A model generated the notes under the pieces. That model was given only the letters and a program-made list of their open reading frames with translations. It did no database searches and was not told the DNA's origin. Both the position numbers and the translations under genes were made by a program. This document shows, one piece after another, positions 9,225-19,418 of a stretch of DNA of 64,000 nt. Each line of letters starts with the position of its first letter. Position 1 is the first letter of the stretch. This DNA comes from Candidatus Poribacteria bacterium (GTDB lineage Bacteria; Poribacteria; WGA-4E; WGA-3G). The DNA is taken from the NCBI GenBank assembly GCA_965197475.1, contig CBDANF010000003.1, positions 3,840,001-3,904,000 of the forward strand. The letters are read 5' to 3'.

Positions 9225-10196
9225 ATGAAATATCTTGTCACAGGATGTGCTGGATTTATAGGGTGGAAAGTTACCGAATTTCTAATAGCAGACGGACATA
9301 CCGTAGTAGGCATTGATAATCTAAATGATGCTTATGATGTGACAGTTAAGAAATGGCGACTTGCCCAACTCCAAGAGTTACCCGAATTTCATTTTCAGTC
9401 TGTAGATATTTGCGATTATGCGTCTTTAGATTCAATATTTAACATATCTTATGATGCGGTAATTAATCTCGCAGCGCGTGCCGGAGTTCGGCAATCCGTT
9501 GAAGATCCGTGGGTTTACATTGATACGAACGTGACAGGCACCTTAAACTTGTTGGAACTCTGTCGTAAAACTGAAATAAAGAAATTTGTGTTGGCTTCTA
9601 CCTCAAGCTTATACGGGGCAAAAAATCTGCTTCCGTTCAGTGAAGAGGCAGACACAAACGGTCCACTGTCCCCCTATGCTGCTTCAAAAAAGGGAGCAGA
9701 GGCACTCTGCCACAGTTACCACCATCTCTACGACATTAACGTAACTATTTTTCGTTTCTTTACCGTCTACGGACCTGCTGGTCGTCCAGATATGAGCGCA
9801 TTCCGTTTCGTCCAATGGATTAGTGAAGGGAGACCGGTAATTGTTTACGGTGATGGCAAACAATCCTCACGCGATTATACCTATGTTGAAGATATTGCAC
9901 GCGGTGTGATAGCAGGGTTGAAACCGCTTGGATATTCGGTCATCAATCTCGGTTCAGATAATCCAATTGTGTTAATTGATACTATTAGACTGATAGAGGA
10001 ACTTGTCGGCAAGAAGGCGGAACTATCACATAAACCGTTCCATCCTGCGGACGTGCGTGCTACGTGGGCAAATATCCAGAAAGCTGAACAACTTTTAGGG
10101 TGGCGACCACAAGTCAGTTTCCGAGAAGGGATAACAGCACTTGTTGAATGGTATCAGGAGCATCGTGACTGGGTAAAGGATATTCCAACCAGTTAA
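9225..10196 (+). CDS. NAD-dependent epimerase (UDP-glucuronate 4-epimerase-like)
   Basis: TGCAGFIG, NLAARAGVR, YAASK, RFFTVYGPAGRPDM. Confidence 0.9.
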   Translation: MKYLVTGCAGFIGWKVTEFLIADGHTVVGIDNLNDAYDVTVKKWRLAQLQELPEFHFQSVDICDYASLDSIFNISYDAVINLAARAGVRQSVEDPWVYIDTNVTGTLNLLELCRKTEIKKFVLASTSSLYGAKNLLPFSEEADTNGPLSPYAASKKGAEALCHSYHHLYDINVTIFRFFTVYGPAGRPDMSAFRFVQWISEGRPVIVYGDGKQSSRDYTYVEDIARGVIAGLKPLGYSVINLGSDNPIVLIDTIRLIEELVGKKAELSHKPFHPADVRATWANIQKAEQLLGWRPQVSFREGITALVEWYQEHRDWVKDIPTS

Positions 10197-10756
10197 GCAG
10201 CTGTCAAGATTTCCACCGCTTTTTCTAACGCACCCTCATCCACTTTCAGTTTGGCGTTTTCTACCTCGCGTTTTACATAAGTCAAAGTATGCGCGAGGTT
10301 CATAGGAGTTGCTATGTCCTGAATAATTTTGTGTAAGCGTTTGACATCGGTTTTCTTAATCCCCGTCTGCTCTTCCACACGAGTATGTAATTCTGCTGGC
10401 GACTCAGGTTCTTTTGTGGATTTATCCGGTTTAGTTGTTGTCTCCTTTGAACCTGAATTCAGCGGTTTCACCGTGTGAGTCCGTTTTCGGGATGTCGTTT
10501 TCTGGATTTTTCCCGCTTTCAACGCTTTAAAACCGCATTCCTTGCACAATTTAGCTGTAACATCAGCCAACGTCATCGTTACAATCACTTCACTGATAGC
10601 ACCACAGAGTTCGCATTCAGTTAGACTTTCAATGCTGGATAGGATATCGGTGTGTAGTGCCAGCATCTTTTGCTTATCGGTCTTTGTTGGTTTCTCTTTT
10701 TGGCACAGCGCGATAAGTTTCTGTGCATCCTTCTCAATTTGATCTAAATTTCCCAT
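10193..10756 (-). CDS. Hypothetical protein with CxxC...CxxC zinc-binding motif
   Basis: CELC and CKEC; GGAGG RBS; own promoter upstream. Confidence 0.75.
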   Translation of the reverse strand: MGNLDQIEKDAQKLIALCQKEKPTKTDKQKMLALHTDILSSIESLTECELCGAISEVIVTMTLADVTAKLCKECGFKALKAGKIQKTTSRKRTHTVKPLNSGSKETTTKPDKSTKEPESPAELHTRVEEQTGIKKTDVKRLHKIIQDIATPMNLAHTLTYVKREVENAKLKVDEGALEKAVEILTAA

Positions 10757-10783
10757 GTTACACCTCCAATAAATGTTATAATT

Positions 10784-10812
10784 AGTATAACATTTGCGAA
10801 AATTACTGTCAA
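10784..10812 (-). promoter_or_regulatory. Sigma70-type promoter TTGACA-N17-TATACT
   Basis: TGTCAA at 10807-10812 and AGTATA at 10784-10789 on the + strand. Confidence 0.6.
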
Positions 10813-10845
10813 GGAAATTTAGGGTTACATGTCAGTCGATTGGAT

Positions 10846-12417
10846 TTACCGTACCGAATCTTTGTCTTTGTACAGCTTATATTCAAAACTATCAATCAGA
10901 GCCTCGTAACTTGCCGATATGATGTTCTCTGAAACACCGACAGTCCCCCAACTCGTTTCCCCATCGCTTGCTTCAATAAGCACTCGCACCTTTGAACCGG
11001 TACCAGCTTTGGTGTCTAGTACCCGAACCTTGTAGTCCATCAATCGGACTTTCTGTAGGGCAGGGTAGAACTGTTCAAGTGCCTTTCTGAGTGCGGTATC
11101 CAGCGCGTTGACGGGACCATCACCATCCGCTGCAGTGTGGGTAGTAGCATCATCTGGTGTTGTGACCTTCACTGTTGCCTCTGAACGCATAGTGTGGTCG
11201 GTGAATTTCTCGATAATGACGCGAAAACCGAAATGTTCAAAAAAGGATTCATATCCATTAAAGACTTTACGTGTCAAGAGCTCAAAAGAGGCTTCAGCGG
11301 CTTCATATTGATATCCATCGCTTTCGGCTTCTTTGAGGCGGTTGAAGAGTTCCAGTACCTGTGGAGAGTTTTTGTCGTAATTCGGATACTCCATCTCAAT
11401 TTTTTTCATGATGGTGCCTCGCCCCGCCTGGTCGGAAACAAGAATGCGTTGCGCATTACCAACTTTTTCAGGGACAATATGTTCATACGTGAGGCGGTTT
11501 TTACGGATCGCATCCGTGTGTAAGCCACCTTTGTGTGCGAAAGCGGAACGCCCAACATACGGCTGACGTTCATCATGCGGAAGGTTTGCTAACTCACTGA
11601 TTAACCGAGATACGTTCGTCAATGCTTGTAACTGGGTATCGCTGATACACTCAATACCTAACTTCAGCTGAATTGTGGGGATGATAGAGGCAAGATTGGC
11701 ATTTCCACATCGTTCACCGTAGCCATTGAATGTTCCCTGAACATGATTTGCACCGGCTTGCACGGCTAAGACAGAGTTGGCTGCGCCCATACCCGCGTCA
11801 TTGTGTGCATGAATCCCAATAGGTAAAGGGAGTGCCGACATTGCTACTTTAACACCTTCCTGAATTTCTAAGGGCAGTCTGCCTCCGTTCGTATCACACA
11901 GGACAATACATTTTGCACCACCTGCTGCAGCAGCACGTAGCGTCTCAACTGCATACTCTGAGTCGTCAGCGTAACCATCAAAAAAGTGTTCCGCATCGTA
12001 AATCACTTCACGGCCGTTTTCCACGAGATACTGAACAGAACTCTCAATTAATTCTAAGTTCTCTTCTGGTGAAACCCGTAAGACATCAGTTGCATGGAAT
12101 CGCCAACTTTTACCAAAAATCGTAACATTTCTTGTGCTTGTATCAAGCAAAGCAGACAGGTTGGGGTCATCCTCTGGATCATAGGAGGGATATCGAGTAC
12201 TACCAAACGGCACAATTGTTGCTGTCTCTAATGTCATACCTTTTACGCGCTTGAAAAATTCTATATCTTTGGGATTCGAACCGGGATAACCACCTTCAAT
12301 GTAGCGGATTCCTAACTTATCAAGTGCCTCTATGATGATAAGTTTATCTTCTACAGAAAATGCTACGCCTTCAGCTTGGCTACCATCCCTGAGTGTTGTA
12401 TCGTAAAATTCAACCAT
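10846..12417 (-). CDS. cimA: Citramalate synthase
   Basis: DTTLRDGSQAEG, YDAEHFFDG, HAHND, GYGERCGNAN, AFAHKGGLH, C-terminal regulatory domain with GPVNALD and DYKVR. Confidence 0.92.
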   Translation of the reverse strand: MVEFYDTTLRDGSQAEGVAFSVEDKLIIIEALDKLGIRYIEGGYPGSNPKDIEFFKRVKGMTLETATIVPFGSTRYPSYDPEDDPNLSALLDTSTRNVTIFGKSWRFHATDVLRVSPEENLELIESSVQYLVENGREVIYDAEHFFDGYADDSEYAVETLRAAAAGGAKCIVLCDTNGGRLPLEIQEGVKVAMSALPLPIGIHAHNDAGMGAANSVLAVQAGANHVQGTFNGYGERCGNANLASIIPTIQLKLGIECISDTQLQALTNVSRLISELANLPHDERQPYVGRSAFAHKGGLHTDAIRKNRLTYEHIVPEKVGNAQRILVSDQAGRGTIMKKIEMEYPNYDKNSPQVLELFNRLKEAESDGYQYEAAEASFELLTRKVFNGYESFFEHFGFRVIIEKFTDHTMRSEATVKVTTPDDATTHTAADGDGPVNALDTALRKALEQFYPALQKVRLMDYKVRVLDTKAGTGSKVRVLIEASDGETSWGTVGVSENIISASYEALIDSFEYKLYKDKDSVR

Positions 12418-12639
12418 GTTGCGTCTAACAGCAAGTTTTGGCTTGCAAACTTCGCCCTACAACGCCAAAATTCAATGTCTCCTTTATGTGGCAATACCCG
12501 TTTAATTCTTTATTGGAATTCTATCACATTTCAGGGAAAAAGTCAAGATTATTGTAATCGTACATTTATCTTGCAACTCTTGTAAATTCACAAGATGTTT
12601 TGCTTTCATAATCTAAAAAAGTATGCTACTATTAAAATC

Positions 12640-13905
12640 ATGAGAAGCAATAATATCTTTCTTATCTGCTGCGTATTGTTGTTTGCAAGTTGTGGGATAT
12701 TGACAACAAAACCGATCGAAACCCCACCGCCAACAACGCCTTGTGACTCACTCGAAAAACTACATACTGATATAGATACTGTTTTGCAGGACGTGTTGTT
12801 TACAACTGCAAGTATCGGCATAAAGGTGGTTGCAGTTGAAACAGGTGAGGTGGTTTACGCTAAAAACGCGCAAAAATTACATCATCCCGCTTCTACGACG
12901 AAACTCTTTACGGCAGCAACTGCTCTGGCGAAACTGGGATCGGACTATCAGTTTGAAACAACGCTTTATATTGATATGGCTACAGACGCACAAATGGTAG
13001 AAAATGTCTATCTCAAAGGCAGTGCTGATCCGGTGCTTCAGTCTGAAGATATAGTAAAATTGTGTGATGCGTTAGTTCAATCTGGCATAACCTCAATAGA
13101 GGGTGACATTGTTATTGACGAAACCTACCTTGACACTGTTCGGGAAGGTCCAGGATGGATGTGGGATGATAAACTACTTCGGATTAGTGCTTTAAGTATC
13201 CGAAGCATTGAACCTGATACGAGCATGGAAAGTAGAGCCATCGCATGTGGACATCTTCTGAAAACCACACTGATGCAAAAAGGCATTAATGTAGTAGGAC
13301 AGGTGGTATCGGGAAAGGTGCCATCAGATGCACGTAGTGTCGCTACACATCTGTCGCCGCCACTTGCCGACATTATCAAATTGATGAATAAACCGAGCGA
13401 CAATTGGATTGCGGAGTTCCTTTTCAAAACAATTGGTGCTGAAGTGAAAGGCGAACCGGGAACATGGAAAAAAGGGAGAGAGGCTGTCACTGAATTTTTA
13501 GGTGAAATAATGGGTGAACCACCTGCACACCGATTTGTTGATGGTTCTGGACTTTCTCGGTACAATCTCCTCAACACTGAATTGCTCACAAAGCTGCTTG
13601 TTTATATGTATCACAATTTTGAGTTGATGCCAGAGTATATGGCATCGCTGCCGATTGCTGGTGTTGATGGCACGTTAAAAAATCGGATGCAAGGGATGTA
13701 TGCTGAAAAAACATTGCGTGCAAAAACGGGGACGTTGAGTGGTGTTTCCGCGCTTGCTGGCTATACCAAAACAGCGGAAGGTGAAGTATTTGCATTCGGT
13801 ATTCTTATTAGCCATTATGTTGGATCGGCGACATCAGCGCGGGGTATTCAGGATAAAATTGGGAATTATCTAGCTCGGTTTAGTCGGCATTTGACTAAAG
13901 AATAA
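12640..13905 (+). CDS. dacB: D-alanyl-D-alanine carboxypeptidase/endopeptidase (PBP4, peptidase S13), lipoprotein
   Basis: PASTTK (SxxK), SDN, DGSGLSR, KTGT; lipobox LFASC; start moved to ATG 12640. Confidence 0.9.
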   Translation: MRSNNIFLICCVLLFASCGILTTKPIETPPPTTPCDSLEKLHTDIDTVLQDVLFTTASIGIKVVAVETGEVVYAKNAQKLHHPASTTKLFTAATALAKLGSDYQFETTLYIDMATDAQMVENVYLKGSADPVLQSEDIVKLCDALVQSGITSIEGDIVIDETYLDTVREGPGWMWDDKLLRISALSIRSIEPDTSMESRAIACGHLLKTTLMQKGINVVGQVVSGKVPSDARSVATHLSPPLADIIKLMNKPSDNWIAEFLFKTIGAEVKGEPGTWKKGREAVTEFLGEIMGEPPAHRFVDGSGLSRYNLLNTELLTKLLVYMYHNFELMPEYMASLPIAGVDGTLKNRMQGMYAEKTLRAKTGTLSGVSALAGYTKTAEGEVFAFGILISHYVGSATSARGIQDKIGNYLARFSRHLTKE

Positions 13906-14104
13906 TTCCTGAGAGAGTATGAGTAAAGAAAGTGCTGTTCTATCAAAGCATTTTGCTTGTTCTTTAGATTCTTGTATGCTATAATAATTGAGAATTGTGA
14001 CGTAGATCCAACAAGATAGTGAAATGCATTGTCTCCAGGGTTTCATCCGCCATTGAAAATAGATACATCTTTTGAGACAGTATACATACTATACGACTAA
14101 TTTT

Positions 14105-14425
14105 ATGCGAATAGTTCGAGAAAATGAATTAACGAAATTTGCTATACGACATCCTAATACACGAGATTCTCTTAACCGTTGGACACAATTGATGAGGGAA
14201 GGAAATTTTAAGTTAATTATTGAGTTGCGTGAAACGTTCGGACGCGTTTCTCCAGTGAAGGTTCGTCCTCAAAGATTTAATCGCAACCCAATTACACTGA
14301 CGGTTTTCAACATTAGTGGAAATGATGCTCGCCTGATTACAGTTGTTCAGTACACAATGCAGGTTGTGGTTATTGATCAGGTGTTAACTCATAACGAATA
14401 TGATACAGGAAATTGGAGAAAATGA
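14105..14425 (+). CDS. higB: Type II toxin HigB (RelE superfamily mRNA interferase)
   Basis: MRIVRENELTKF..HP...SLNRW...ELRETF...VFNISGNDARLI...VLTHNEYD matches the E. coli-type HigB pattern; extended -10 TGCTATAAT at 13977-13985. Confidence 0.9.
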   Translation: MRIVRENELTKFAIRHPNTRDSLNRWTQLMREGNFKLIIELRETFGRVSPVKVRPQRFNRNPITLTVFNISGNDARLITVVQYTMQVVVIDQVLTHNEYDTGNWRK

Positions 14426-14428
14426 ATT

Positions 14429-16525
14429 ATGTTAACTGAGATGTCTATTGGACAAAAATTGTCACAAACATCAACATATTCAGAATCTAATTTCTCCCTT
14501 GATTACACTGAGATTAGCACTTTACTCCAAAAAGAGGCAATTGCTGAGTTCAGTGTGAAGCAGCTGAATATGATGTCGGAATTTGCACCTGAAATTTTGA
14601 TGTTTCCTTCTGAACCAAAGCATACCTCTACACAACAAATTGAATTTGATCCTTACCCAGAAAGCGATTACGAATGGCTTGAGGAAGTTCTAAAAGGGTT
14701 AACTGACTTAGTAATGCAAAACGAGAATCATGATTTTGCCTCATTGACAAAAACTGATTATAAAAGACTTGATGAAACGTTGAAAGAGTTAATCTATATC
14801 GTCGGTGATAATGATGAACATCCCTTGGCATCATTGATGGATTTTATCGGTGTTCTCACCACAAAGTATGAAAATGATCATTTTCCAAAACTGACAGATT
14901 TATTTCCTGAACTAATGGAAGGAGTAAATCCGAACTACATGAAAGATGAGGATAAAAGGGAAAATCCTACCAGTGCATCTGAAAAATCCATAAACGCTTT
15001 AGCCGCAGAGGCTTTTTTCTCCATCGGAAACCTTTTTTTGGAAGGAGGTAAGAAAAAAGATGCAATTTCTGCTTACGATCAGGCAATACGTTTGCATCGA
15101 AATTACGCTATGGCTTTCTACTATCGCGGCGAAGTTAAACGGGCACAGAGAAATTATGAATCTGCAGTTGACGACTTTAATGAAGTACTTCGGATTAATC
15201 CTGTTGATATTTATGCCTACCTCAGACGTGCCAGTGTAAAATGCGCGCTGAGTCAATATGAAACTGCTATTGCTGATTTCGATGAAGTTATCCAATTGAA
15301 TTCGGATGAAGTTTGTGTTTACTCTGCTTACCTCATTCGCGGTTGTATAAATAGGGTACTTGGTCAATATGAGGCTGCCATTACTGACGTTAATAACGCA
15401 CTTCAATTAACAGTGGATGAGACCTCTGTCCATATTGCTTACGCGACTCGGGGCGGTGCAAGAAACGCTCTTGGGCAACATAAGGAAGCTATTTGTGATT
15501 TTAACGAGGTTCTTTTACACAACCCAGATGATGGAACAACGTATTTTATGCGAGGGTACGCAAAGTCAGTGCTAGGTCAACATGAGGCTGCGATTGCTGA
15601 TTATAACGAAGCATTACACTATAACTCTGACGATGCGGAGACCTACTTCAGACGGGGACTAAGTAAGGTAATGCAAGAAATGTTGGATTCTGCCATTGCT
15701 GACTTTGATGAGAGTATCCGACTTAGACCAGATTATTTCTATATTTTCCTTATGCGGGGAGTAGCGATGTTCATGAAAGGGGAACTTGAAGAAGCGATTA
15801 AAGACCTCAATATAGCCCTAAACCTAAAAGTTGATTCTGCTATAGATATGACAGATTTTGCTTATTTCCTCCGTGGAAATGTAAAAAGTCTGATCGGACA
15901 GTACGCAGACGCTATTATAGACTATAGTGAGACCATTCGATTAAAACCCAATTATCCACAAGCATACAAAAGCAGAGGGGATGCAAAGCGGGAATTAGGT
16001 CAACTTGAAGATGCTATTGTTGATTATGATAGTGCTCTCTGCTTAAAACAGGATGCTGTTACCTATTATAACCGTGGATATATAAAAGGACAGTTAGAAA
16101 GACACGAGTTTGCAATTCGTGACTACAGCGAGGCTATCCGACTCGATCCAGATTATGCGTATGCTTACCTTAACAGAGGAATTGATCAAGGTAAACTAGG
16201 TCAACTTGAAGATGCTATTGCTGACTTTGATAAGACTATCCAATTAAATAAAGATTGTATCTATGCTTACCACAATCGTGGAATTTCTAAAATCTTACAA
16301 GGTAACTATGAAGATGCTATTGCTGACTGTACCGAATCCATCTGTCTTAGTTTGGATTATGCTGAAGCCTATGATACACGAGGTAAAGCAAATCTCATAT
16401 TGGGTAGAACTCAGGAAGCAAGAATAGATTTTCAAAAAACTTTGGAATTGGCAGAACAAGAAGACAACCAAGAACTTATAGATGAAGTTAAACAATCACT
16501 GCAAGAACTTGACAACACTGAGTAG
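14429..16525 (+). CDS. HigA-like antitoxin N-terminal helices fused to about 14 TPR repeats, no HTH
   Basis: DYKRLDETLKELIYIVGDNDEHPLASLMDFIGVLTTKYENDHFP resembles a HigA N-terminus; 14 units of AY..RG...G.YE.AI.D...AI.L.P; starts 3 nt after the higB stop. Confidence 0.85.
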   Translation: MLTEMSIGQKLSQTSTYSESNFSLDYTEISTLLQKEAIAEFSVKQLNMMSEFAPEILMFPSEPKHTSTQQIEFDPYPESDYEWLEEVLKGLTDLVMQNENHDFASLTKTDYKRLDETLKELIYIVGDNDEHPLASLMDFIGVLTTKYENDHFPKLTDLFPELMEGVNPNYMKDEDKRENPTSASEKSINALAAEAFFSIGNLFLEGGKKKDAISAYDQAIRLHRNYAMAFYYRGEVKRAQRNYESAVDDFNEVLRINPVDIYAYLRRASVKCALSQYETAIADFDEVIQLNSDEVCVYSAYLIRGCINRVLGQYEAAITDVNNALQLTVDETSVHIAYATRGGARNALGQHKEAICDFNEVLLHNPDDGTTYFMRGYAKSVLGQHEAAIADYNEALHYNSDDAETYFRRGLSKVMQEMLDSAIADFDESIRLRPDYFYIFLMRGVAMFMKGELEEAIKDLNIALNLKVDSAIDMTDFAYFLRGNVKSLIGQYADAIIDYSETIRLKPNYPQAYKSRGDAKRELGQLEDAIVDYDSALCLKQDAVTYYNRGYIKGQLERHEFAIRDYSEAIRLDPDYAYAYLNRGIDQGKLGQLEDAIADFDKTIQLNKDCIYAYHNRGISKILQGNYEDAIADCTESICLSLDYAEAYDTRGKANLILGRTQEARIDFQKTLELAEQEDNQELIDEVKQSLQELDNTE

Positions 16526-16548
16526 AATAGACATCTTCATTCACACCA

Positions 16549-17307
16549 CTACGAAATATCAGGTGGCGGCTCACCCACAGCAGACTTCCCATCTTTCAAC
16601 AACGGCTCCGCACTACCCCACAAACGGCTACCATCGTGTGAAAGAAGAGGCTCTGCGGAATACTGTGCAAGGTACGCACGCCGCATCGTGTTTGTAGAGT
16701 TCGTGCCGCTACAGTGAAAATTGATACTTGTAAACACAACAATGCTCCCCGCAGGCACGATGGCAGGCACACCCTTTTCCGGACCGAAATATCCCACAAG
16801 ATCGTTGCTTTCCTCATCACGGATATGCTTCACCCACGAACGAACGCCAATGTGTGAAAACGGCATAACATATACTGTGCCATTCTCCTCAGACATATCA
16901 TCAAGCGCACACCAGCATGTTAGATAAGGTTTATGATCCGGGTAACCGACATAACCTGAATCCTGATGCCAACTAAACTTCATACCTGCCTCAGCACCTT
17001 TGACAACATACTGTTCCCAAAAAAGATAAGCGGTATCACCTAAGGTAGCACGGCATACATCAGCCATCAGATCGCTGCACAGAAATTCTCGAAGCGTTGG
17101 TTGTTGTCTGAAGCAGTTTGAAACAAAATAACGTTTGTTCCTATGATTAAGACCGAGCACATCTGTGTTTTCCCGATCCATCCGCTCATCCATCTGACTG
17201 ATGAATGTTCCGCATTCGCCACGAAGCAGCTCAGGAATCACACTCTCCAAAATGAAGTAGCCTTCTTTTTGGTACTGCTGCTTCTGTTCATCGGTTATGT
17301 TTATCAC
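16549..17307 (-). CDS. PhyH family dioxygenase
   Basis: YQKEGYF, FSWHQDSGY, ENGTVYVMP, FHCSGTN..RR; GTG start at 17307 after AGGAG. Confidence 0.9.
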   Translation of the reverse strand: MINITDEQKQQYQKEGYFILESVIPELLRGECGTFISQMDERMDRENTDVLGLNHRNKRYFVSNCFRQQPTLREFLCSDLMADVCRATLGDTAYLFWEQYVVKGAEAGMKFSWHQDSGYVGYPDHKPYLTCWCALDDMSEENGTVYVMPFSHIGVRSWVKHIRDEESNDLVGYFGPEKGVPAIVPAGSIVVFTSINFHCSGTNSTNTMRRAYLAQYSAEPLLSHDGSRLWGSAEPLLKDGKSAVGEPPPDIS

Positions 17308-17318
17308 AATTCGTTCTC

Positions 17319-18452
17319 CTATTTGATAAGAATCTTGCGGACAATCTGTCCGTTGCTTTCCCAATAGGTCTGTTTTCCTGTAATGTAGTCAGAATCAGCT
17401 GCCGGTTGGATATTGCCATCAGTATCAATTGCTCTTGAAACGATGGTGTGTTCACCTTTTAACGGATTGTCCCATTTGAGATGCCAGATTTTCCATGCGA
17501 ATTCTGCATCTTCTTCAGGGTCAATAGTTGCCTTTTGCCAAGGTCCGCCGTCAATGCTGACCTCAACTTTCTGTATAGGTGCACCCCAGGCAGCTCCATA
17601 GATACGGTATTCATCGCCTATATGTGTCACCTTTGCAGCTAAGGATTTCAATTGCGTTTTTCCGACAGAAGTTTCCATCCAGACCTCTTCACCGTCGGGA
17701 CGGGTTTCTTTACGTATTGTTACATAGTCTCGACCCATGAATCTTCCCATAAACTGGGTATCACGAACCTCAATACGTTTGAGCCATTTGACGCATGCAA
17801 TGCCATACCAACCAGGGGCAATTAGACGAAGTGGTGCCCCGTTCCCATCAGGCAAAGGTTCACCGTTCATCTCGTAACAGAGTAGGTGAGTGTCCTGCAG
17901 TGCGTCTTCAACAGACATGCTCCGTGCAAAGTTTTGCCGCATTTTGACCTTTCTCACTTCCTCCGTGCCAGAGTCGTGTCCGAAGAAAATAACCTCAATA
18001 CCTTTCTCTTGGATACCTGCCTCTTTAAGAATAGGTGCAAGGGGTGTACCGCCCCATTTTGCGTTACCGATTGCACCAGTGAATGTAGGAAAGCCGTGAT
18101 TACCGGAACATTCTAAAGTAAAGGTCACATCCTGCTTTGGTCGTGCCTTGATATCTTCAATAGTCAGCATCAGTGGATTGTCAACCAAACCACTGATTTC
18201 CAGTGTCCATGTCGCGAGATCTATTTTTGGTCTGCCGTAATGAGATACGTTAAAGAACTTATCGTTCGGTGTGATGAACGCATCCAATTCAGTCCAATCA
18301 AGCAGAACTCGCTTTGAAGATGATTCAGGCTGATCAAGAAAAGGAATGAGTTCTTCACCTTCGCGACTTGGGAAAGCGTAAACTGCCATAGGACTTAACA
18401 GTAATCCTGTAAGTGTTAAGCCACTACGTCGTAAAAAATCTCTGCGCTTCAT
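17319..18452 (-). CDS. Tat-exported sulfite oxidase family molybdoenzyme (SorA/YuiH-like)
   Basis: MKRRDFL Tat motif; TLECSGN Mo-ligand Cys; MNGEPLP..NGAPLRLIAPGWYG...KW; C-terminal Ig-like dimerisation domain. Confidence 0.9.
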   Translation of the reverse strand: MKRRDFLRRSGLTLTGLLLSPMAVYAFPSREGEELIPFLDQPESSSKRVLLDWTELDAFITPNDKFFNVSHYGRPKIDLATWTLEISGLVDNPLMLTIEDIKARPKQDVTFTLECSGNHGFPTFTGAIGNAKWGGTPLAPILKEAGIQEKGIEVIFFGHDSGTEEVRKVKMRQNFARSMSVEDALQDTHLLCYEMNGEPLPDGNGAPLRLIAPGWYGIACVKWLKRIEVRDTQFMGRFMGRDYVTIRKETRPDGEEVWMETSVGKTQLKSLAAKVTHIGDEYRIYGAAWGAPIQKVEVSIDGGPWQKATIDPEEDAEFAWKIWHLKWDNPLKGEHTIVSRAIDTDGNIQPAADSDYITGKQTYWESNGQIVRKILIK

Positions 18453-18462
18453 AATACTTCCT

Positions 18463-19188
18463 TTACGCTTTCATAGCAGCGACGTAGTTGAGGTTAACCT
18501 GTGTCCAATTGACGACTTTGCTCCACGCATCAATATAATCGGCGCGTCTGTTTTGATATTTCAGATAGTAAGCATGTTCCCAAACATCAAGTCCAAGAAT
18601 AGGTGTATGCCCCTGCATCAGTGGACTATCCTGATTCTTAGTGGCGTAAATCTGCAATTTCTTCTTATCATCAACAACGAGCCAAGCCCAACCTGATCCG
18701 AAATGCGTTTTTGCTGTTTTGTCAAACATCTCGCTGCCTGCATCAAGCGAACCAAAGGCGGATTGAATAGCTTCTGCAACTTTCCCTTTTAATTCTCTAC
18801 CGCCAGAAATCATAGCACTCCAGAATAGCGTGTGATTGGCATGTCCACCACCGCTATTAATAACGGCTTGGCGGATATTCATCGGCACTTTTTCGATATT
18901 TCGAAGCAAATCCTCAATTGACTGGTCTGCTAAGTCATGATTGTCTCCGACAGCAGCATTGAGTTTATTCACATAACTTTGGTGATGTTTACCGTGATGG
19001 ATTTCCATTGTACGTTTGTCAATATGCGGTTCAAGTGCATCATATTTATAACGTAGTTTTGGAAGTTCGTAACCGTGTTCATGCTCATCATGTTCATCTT
19101 GTTGTGCATAGAGACTAAATGGATTGGTAGCCAGAAACATTCCTGCTAATGCTGTGCTTCCAGTAATTAAAAAGTTTCTACGGTTCAT
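18463..19188 (-). CDS. sodA: Tat-exported superoxide dismutase, Mn-type signature
   Basis: MNRRNFL Tat motif; [36 protein letters not shown]. Confidence 0.92.
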   Translation of the reverse strand: MNRRNFLITGSTALAGMFLATNPFSLYAQQDEHDEHEHGYELPKLRYKYDALEPHIDKRTMEIHHGKHHQSYVNKLNAAVGDNHDLADQSIEDLLRNIEKVPMNIRQAVINSGGGHANHTLFWSAMISGGRELKGKVAEAIQSAFGSLDAGSEMFDKTAKTHFGSGWAWLVVDDKKKLQIYATKNQDSPLMQGHTPILGLDVWEHAYYLKYQNRRADYIDAWSKVVNWTQVNLNYVAAMKA

Positions 19189-19218
19189 GGATTCTCCTCA
19201 TCTTGTTGTTTTGACATT

Positions 19219-19304
19219 ATTTTAGCAAAAATTGTGGGTTTGTGTCAAGTAGTATAAATGTTTCCAAAATTCTTTTGACAATTGAGCAGATGTTTGGTTA
19301 AAAT
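19219..19304. promoter_or_regulatory. Divergent sigma70-type promoters, both TTGACA-N18-TAAAAT
   Basis: Minus strand: -35 at 19243-19248, -10 at 19219-19224. Plus strand: -35 at 19275-19280, -10 at 19299-19304. Confidence 0.6.
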
Positions 19305-19418
19305 AATAGATGTGGAAAACACAATAATGCAGATATATAACATAAACTTGGCACATACTTTTGAGACAGGGAACCGATATTATCCACAGTTGAGCGACGT
19401 TAGCAACGATTAAATCTT

